This document shows, piece by piece, positions 57,609 to 64,000 of a stretch of 64,000 nt of DNA. Location of the stretch: assembly GCA_054600435.1 (NCBI GenBank), contig BAAIJX010000003.1, positions 434,001-498,000 on the forward strand, in the 5' to 3' direction. The stretch is from Neophaeotheca triangularis (taxonomy: Eukaryota). The notes below the pieces were generated by a model, which saw only the letters and a list, made by a program, of their open reading frames with translations, ran no database searches and was not told the DNA's origin. Within the stretch, counting starts at the first letter, position 1, and each line of letters starts with the position of its first letter. The position numbers and the translations under genes were made by a program.

Positions 57609-59083
57609 GGCTGTGAGCAGCTGTGCTTTCTGGACGCAGAGAACAGAGATGCGTGGTGAGTCTGCCAACATTGTCGGGAAGGGCGCACAGGTAAGCAATG
57701 GCTCAGAGTCCACGGAATCGACTTTGCACTATTGGCCAGGGCTGGGAAGGATGCCATCCATCCCCGATACTGGTAAGGAGGCAGTAATAGGGGTACGAGA
57801 CTCAATCGCGAGAGCAGTGACATGGTGGTCTTGACAGTGCAGACGACACGGGCTTCCGCGAGCTATCCAGGCCGCAGCCCCGTGTAGCGACGTGAGTGTA
57901 CAGGTGCTGCTTCTCCTTGGGCCAACCAAAGCCAGCGCAGGCAAAAAGCTGGCATAGCAGGCTCGCCAAGATATATACCCATCCAGTACCTACCTTCAGC
58001 AATGCATCAACTTCACTTCGCTTTACCTCACCGTCCCAGCGCACCGTCCACACACAAGCCCGTGCCCCAATCCCTCGCCTGCTACTGGCTCCACCCTCAC
58101 CACGCTAGTCAAGGGACGGATCTTGCCAAGCTTTCCGACCCCTTATATGTCCGGGCAGTCGCGATAAGTCATAACTCCATCGTTCTTGCGCCGATTCGCT
58201 TCAAATTTGCACTCAGGCGATCTACAACCGAGACTAAGGAAAGGTGCGCTTTGAGACTTGTAGTTGTTGGAGATACATAGTGGCACGAGAGGGTTCAAGC
58301 GCCGCTTAGTTGAAAAGGGGTTGAGGCTGGTATGTTGAGCTCGACGGGTGTGAAGCTTGCAGACGAAGGGACTTCGCGATTGTGTGGAGTCGAGTACGGA
58401 TGAAATATGCGGCGCTACTACTTCCAAGCCAACTCTCACCAAAACCTCGATACGCTTCTTGACTCTCGCAAGCATTTGGCCCTGCATAACGCTCTCTACA
58501 CCAGGGTCTTCTCGCACGCTCTCGCAATTGAAAAAGCCGTTACTCCTGTATCTCGAGACAGTTCTGCCGCACCACAATCACTGCCAAGACCTAGAAATGC
58601 TGCAACGACTCGCCCGAGGTCGTTCGGCTTCGAGACGTGAAGCAGTGCGTGTTGTCCCTGGCAGCTTTGCCTCATTCCTACCACTTTAGCCCGCATTCGA
58701 AGCGAAGATCAAGGCTGAGAGCGACAAGGTCGATTCGTTAGCGCGTACTGGCGGGAACCAATGATATCGAAGGAATTGAGCTGGTCTGCAGACGGGTCAC
58801 CGAGAGGCTGGCCTATTGCTTGAGATGTAGGACCCTCGGCCTGTCCCGGTCGATCTCACCGACCTCCAATATTGTTTCAACACTGTAGGGACCGCTGGTC
58901 AGAAGCGACATGTGCATTATGAGACCTGACGAGCATCATACTAAGGGCACGGGAAGAATGCTGAGGTCGCGGCTTCATTAAGCACGTATGCTCATATAGA
59001 CACTTCGACCGACAGTAGCCTAGAAAACACAAATTGCGCACCTAACGCCCGGCTCTAAACCCCAACAAAACGCTTCGACCCGC

Positions 59084-59908
59084 TCAAAAGATGCTGTTGA
59101 CGAGATTCCCACCCAGCGTGGCACCGGCACCGAAAATAGCCGCATTCCCCAACTTCCCACCAAACTTCTTTGCATGTCCTTCAATCTTATTCTCGCCCTC
59201 GGGGTTGTTGGGGTCCTGCGGCGGCGCCTGTCCGGGCTGACCCTGCGCAACCGCCATAGGCATGTTGCCGTAGCTTGCGGGTCCACTGTTATGGGGCGCG
59301 GACTTTGTGTCCACGACTTTGACGTAGGAGCGGGGGAAGATGCCCTCTTGGCCGGTTCGGCTGGAGCGCCCCTTCCACCACTCGGCGTTCATGTATTCGG
59401 TGACGGTGATTTGGTCGTTGGGCTGGAGGGGGAGGTCGCCTGCGTCGGTGGAGTTGTAGGCGTAGAGGGCGGTGGCTTGCGCGAGGCCTTGGGGCTGTTG
59501 CCATTGGGCTTGCGGTGGGGGGCCTGGTGGGGGCTGGTAGGCCGGGGGTTGCGGGGAGGGCGAGGGCTGGTAGTAGGATTGTTGCGGCGTGCTTTTCTCG
59601 TTTTGGTAGCCGTTGCTTTGGCTGTTGTAGCTGTTGCTGTGGGTTGGGCCGCCGCGGCTTTGGTTCAGGTTCATGTTTGCCATTGGGGAGGTTGGGGGTT
59701 GGAGGACGCCGGCTTGTTGGGCGGAAGTGGGGACCGCGCCGACGGATATGGGCGCATGGAGGGCGGTTTGTTGCGGTATGCGTTGGAGGAGGTCGGAGAG
59801 GGCTTGGGGGGTGATGATCGAGCAGTCTGTCAGGTATTCGAGCTCGGCTTTGATGGTACGAATCGCTCGATTGACGTTCGCAGTCTGGATCTCCTCTGAT
59901 TTCGACAT
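59084..59908 (-). CDS. SH3-domain protein, Lsb1/Pin3-like
   Basis: ALYAY..GDL..EYMNAEWWKG..EGIFP-SYV SH3 domain, PPAY motif and C-terminal KKFGGKLGNAAIFGAGAT-G--LVNSIF. Confidence 0.88.
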   Translation of the reverse strand: MSKSEEIQTANVNRAIRTIKAELEYLTDCSIITPQALSDLLQRIPQQTALHAPISVGAVPTSAQQAGVLQPPTSPMANMNLNQSRGGPTHSNSYNSQSNGYQNEKSTPQQSYYQPSPSPQPPAYQPPPGPPPQAQWQQPQGLAQATALYAYNSTDAGDLPLQPNDQITVTEYMNAEWWKGRSSRTGQEGIFPRSYVKVVDTKSAPHNSGPASYGNMPMAVAQGQPGQAPPQDPNNPEGENKIEGHAKKFGGKLGNAAIFGAGATLGGNLVNSIF

Positions 59909-60187
59909 GGTTGCTACGTAACAAGTACTAGAGAGCAAGTCAAGATCTTTCGATATGGCTAGGTAAGTATATTCTGGGAGAGAAAGGTGAACGAGGCTGG
60001 GTTGGGAAGCATATGAAGTCGCTGGCGCGGCTTGGCAGGCGAGACGTGACGAAGCCCCTATGCCGCAACAGTCTGGGCTTCACGGCAGTTCACGTTTGAC
60101 GATGCAACCTAAATTGACAACAATAAGGCATCTTCTTAATTTTATCTTCCTTCATTATTTACTACAAGCCACTAGTGTGCAGCTACT

Positions 60188-61049
60188 TCAGCTGCTCTGC
60201 TTCATCATCTCGACCACCTTGTGAAAGGTGTTTTGCCGTTCCTGCTCCCAAGAATTGAACCCAAAGTGCGTCTTGACCATCTGCACTGGGACCTGCTCAT
60301 TGTCTTGGGCAAGACCTGCAAATGCTTCCTCTGTGAAATCCTTGAGAGGCATACCAATTTCACGACCGTTCTTGATTTCAGGCTGGGGTCTTGTTAGCGA
60401 TAGATTCAGATACGAACAGCATGGATACGGCCCCAAGGCCTACCTGGTGCTTCTCATCGTGAAGCTCGGTCTGCACCGCGGGCGGGAACAGCTCGATGAT
60501 CTTGACATTTGACCCGGCATCCTTCAACTGCTGCCTCATCACAAGGATCATGTGGTGCAAAGCTGCCTTCGAAGCGCAGTAGTTGGGGCAACCCATGATG
60601 GGAACGAGAGCAAGACCAGAGGTGGTGAAGATGAGCGAAGTTTCCTTCTTCTGCTTCTGGAGGTATGGTAGAGCTGCTTTGGAGAAGTGCATGTACGACA
60701 GGTAGTTGGTCTTGAACTCGAGCTCGACTGTGTCCAAGTCCACACCGTCTGGCTTTGCCCAGTTCAACTGACGCTGAATTCCGGAGTTCAGGAAGATGCA
60801 GTCGAGGTCCGGGTGCTTCTGAAACATCTTCTCAACGAAAGAAGGAATGCCTTGGAGATCGGTAATGTCGAAGACCGCCGAGTCGACATTGCCTTTGTTG
60901 CCATAATCGTTGACGAACTGATCTAGCTTCTCCTTGCGGCGGCCAGACACTACGACAGACGTGCCTGTTTCGACGAACTTGGCCGCGAGGGCGTGTCCAA
61001 TGCCACTGGTGGCGCCGATGACGAGGACCTTGTTGTACTTGAGAGACAT
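60188..61049 (-). CDS. short-chain dehydrogenase/reductase (DltE-like); one intron near 60442-60382
   Basis: GATSGIG, LNSGIQ, TTSGL, YCASKAALH and ELFPPAVQTELH. Second exon P-IKNG--IGMPL--F. Confidence 0.9.
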
Positions 61050-61564
61050 GGTATTTTCCTGAGACTAGCGTTTAGAGGATTGATGAGTGTTGAGACAAGC
61101 AATGAGATAGATAATGGGTCGTTTGGCATTCAATGACTACTTTATCTTCCACTCACCGGGAGGCAATTTAACGTTGATGCCCTCTCAAATGTTCTTCATG
61201 ATGTCACCCTAAGTGCGATTAAGTCCGGGACGTTTGTTAGCATACCTAGGTACCTTACTGTATTGCGGATGTCCCGGCAGAGTGGTTCCGCCTCAAGAAG
61301 GTAGACTTCCATTGATAGTGGCTGAGAAGAAGAAACCTTGGCGGAGTTAGGAAGAACAGGAAGACATATCGAGTATTTCAAATATTCCAGGTTGTATTGA
61401 GATAACGTTAGCCTCAGATACCTCCTAGGATTTGATGTGGCACAGCACGTTCAAGAGCACGGTTGACGACGCGGAAAGCCGCCGCATTCTGCTGTCTGCC
61501 CCTCGTCTTCTCTGGAACTGTCTCTACCGTATCCACCTTCCTATTGCGATTCACCTTTGCTCTC

Positions 61565-63211
61565 ATGTCAACAGTCCATTCTAGCCTTCGTCGAACAGCC
61601 ACCTCCCTACAAGCCTCCTCAATACTGAAACCATCCTTTGCTAGCAAGATACCTAGATTTGGTCGACCTGCAACCTCGTCCAATCGAAGCCAGCCCTTCA
61701 GAAACACTTCCACATCGACGCCTGCTTGGCCGTATCTCTACCGTTCTCACGCCTCGTCAAATATGGCGCCTCAGCTCGACAACTACTTCAAGACGGTCGA
61801 CTCGCTTTCTGACCACTTCATCGACCGCCTCAGCCAAGCCGTAGCCATCCCTTCCATCTCAGCCGAAGATGAGCGCCGTCAAGACGTCGTCAAGATGGGC
61901 ACATTCCTCAAGAGCCAGCTCGAAAACCTCGGTGCTCACATGGAAGCTCGGGATCTTGGAAAGCAGCCCCACAAAGAGTACCTAGACCTCCCACCCGCTA
62001 TCATCGGCCGCTACCCTGCGAAAAAGGATGATAGCAAGCGCACGATTCTGGTTTACGGACACTACGATGTCCAGCCTGCAAACAAGAGCGATGGTTGGTC
62101 GACCGAGCCTTTCAAGCTCAGCGTGGATGACAAGGGTAGGATGTACGGGCGAGGAAGCACCGACGACAAAGGTCCTGTGCTCGGGTGGGTGAATGCGATT
62201 GAGGCACACCAAAAGGCCGGCGTGGACTTCCCCGTCAACCTGCTCATGTGCTTTGAGGGTATGGAGGAGTATGGCTCTGAGGGTCTGGACGACTTCATCA
62301 TCGCCGAGAGCAAGCCCGGAAAGTTCTTTTCCGACGCAGATGCCGTTTGCATTTCGGACAACTACTGGCTAGGCACCGAGAAGCCCTGCCTCACGTACGG
62401 TCTTAGGGGTTGCAACTACTACTCCATCGAGATCTCCGGCCCAGGCCAAGATCTACACTCCGGTGTTTTTGGAGGAACAGCGCAAGAGCCCATGACCGAC
62501 TTGGTGCGAGTAATGGCAACTCTCGTCGACGGCGACGGCAACATTCAAGTTCCAGGCATCAAGGAGATGGTCGCCCCCGTTACCGAAGAAGAGAAGAGCC
62601 TCTACAAAGACATCAGCTTCACGATGGAGAACCTTTACGAATCTCTCGGCAGCAAGACCGGCATCTTCCCCGACAAGGAGCGCACCCTCATGGGTAGGTG
62701 GCGATACCCATCGCTCTCCCTCCACGGCGTCGAGGGCGCCTTCTCTGCCCCTGGCGCGAAGACCGTCATCCCCGCCAAGGTCGTCGGCAAGTTCTCAATC
62801 CGCACAGTTCCAGACATGGACCCGGATCAAGTTGACAAATGCGTGATCGACTACGTCAATGCACAGTTCAAAAAGCTCGGCTCGAAGAACACCGTGAACT
62901 GCTACTTGCAACACAGCGGCAAATGGTGGGTAGCATCGCCAAACCACTGGAACTTCACCGCTGCCGCAAAGGCCGTGGAGAAGGTCTGGGGCGTCAAGCC
63001 TGATTTGACCAGAGAGGGTGGCAGTATCCCGGTCACATTGACTTTTGAACAGGCGACGGGCAAGAACGTGCTGCTCCTGCCAATGGGTAGCAGCACTGAT
63101 GCTGCGCACTCGATCAACGAGAAGTTGGATCGGAGGAACTACATTGAGGGGATTAAACTGCTGGGAAGCTACCTGCATTACGTCGCGGAAGAGCCTATGA
63201 AAGCGGCATGA
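61565..63211 (+). CDS. DUG1: Cys-Gly metallodipeptidase (M20 family, CNDP2-like); second in-frame ATG at 61763
   Basis: YGHYDVQPA, GRGSTDDKGP, EGMEEYGSEGL, ISDNYWL, DLHSG-FGG, REGGSIP and AHS-NEK. Confidence 0.94.
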   Translation: MSTVHSSLRRTATSLQASSILKPSFASKIPRFGRPATSSNRSQPFRNTSTSTPAWPYLYRSHASSNMAPQLDNYFKTVDSLSDHFIDRLSQAVAIPSISAEDERRQDVVKMGTFLKSQLENLGAHMEARDLGKQPHKEYLDLPPAIIGRYPAKKDDSKRTILVYGHYDVQPANKSDGWSTEPFKLSVDDKGRMYGRGSTDDKGPVLGWVNAIEAHQKAGVDFPVNLLMCFEGMEEYGSEGLDDFIIAESKPGKFFSDADAVCISDNYWLGTEKPCLTYGLRGCNYYSIEISGPGQDLHSGVFGGTAQEPMTDLVRVMATLVDGDGNIQVPGIKEMVAPVTEEEKSLYKDISFTMENLYESLGSKTGIFPDKERTLMGRWRYPSLSLHGVEGAFSAPGAKTVIPAKVVGKFSIRTVPDMDPDQVDKCVIDYVNAQFKKLGSKNTVNCYLQHSGKWWVASPNHWNFTAAAKAVEKVWGVKPDLTREGGSIPVTLTFEQATGKNVLLLPMGSSTDAAHSINEKLDRRNYIEGIKLLGSYLHYVAEEPMKAA

Positions 63212-64000
63212 TTTGATTAGGCGAAGAGGAGAGTTGCAATGCTTGCTATAGCATAATGAAAGCGCTTTAGCTACATATTTTTGCGCTTTGACAAGGTGAA
63301 ATGAACATGGAAGTGTCCAATACGTGATAGTAACAAGCATCTCTTCGATACGCTTGCCATGTGGTCCCGAAAGCTTGATGAAAGCCTGTTTGAACCCACC
63401 TCCAACGGCAGGAGCGACAAAAGCCGACTTCATGTGGCTACAAGCCTACAACCTCTTTCGGGGAGGAATCGGGCCTTCCGCCCCTGAATTGGCAGTAAAC
63501 AAACACGCACTTTTGCGATAACACGATGCTTGAAAAGGATGTACCTTGCGGAGATACGTGGAGGTACGTGGAGGCCTTGTGGAGTACATTGCTGCGCCAT
63601 TGCCTTGTCATTGGACGACACAGGCACCGGGTAAAGTGCCTGTATTTCGATCAGGCAGGATGATGTAGGTATTATTAGGCTGAGTCTTGCTTGGTTTCCT
63701 TCTTAAGCATTATTAGTTCCCCGTTGTACTGCTAATCAACGTACTTCCTTGGGGCCTACATCGACAAAATGACAAGAGTGACTGCCGTACTGCTAAGTCT
63801 GTCCGCGTTCGTGGCCACATCATTAGGCGAGCCCAATGGTGATTACACAAGCCCGGGGACCGCCATAAGGGAGAAAGGACCTCAACATTACCCCAGCCAT
63901 TGGAACCCCAAGACAGGCAAAAGGCCATCCTGCCCTTCAAAACCCTCGGGTAACGACACGCCAACCAAAATTTGGCCAGGTTGGGATGGCATCGAGTACA

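Noticed and set aside
57896..58760. Short ORFs that might be a decayed gene
   Set aside because: No recognisable domain or consistent exon chain, so it cannot be supported without a homology search.
59174..59899. 241-aa + strand ORF
   Set aside because: Antisense shadow of the SH3 protein CDS.

Overview
Gene-dense eukaryotic genomic DNA from a filamentous ascomycete. Short GT-AG introns with CTRAC branch sites and the protein families suggest a Dothideomycete; this placement is inference. I find about 26 protein-coding genes, mostly housekeeping: ALG13, RSM24, an FHA/forkhead factor, a 2OG oxygenase, PMU1-like, Mug65/Spo73-like, ARP1, NOT3/5, DTD1, a Zn-ADH, SLY1, PNUTS-like, a GH15 glucoamylase, a CCHC knuckle protein, a class I chitin synthase, an LMW-PTP, LSB1/PIN3-like, an SDR and DUG1. 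There are three tRNA genes and no recognisable transposon or CRISPR array. The most striking observation is a tRNA-Val(AAC) gene (50964-51122, minus strand) with an intact cloverleaf. Besides a canonical 27-nt anticodon-loop intron, it carries a 58-nt spliceosomal-type intron (GTACGT...CTAAC...TACAG) inserted in the D-stem, splitting the internal box A promoter. Other notable items are a probable dicistronic tRNA-Gly/tRNA-Ala pair, an unlisted 3-exon 77-aa Cys-rich peptide gene, a frameshifted glucoamylase, a diverged ~160-bp triplicate non-coding repeat, structured long introns and alternative splice donors at the DTD1 catalytic motif.
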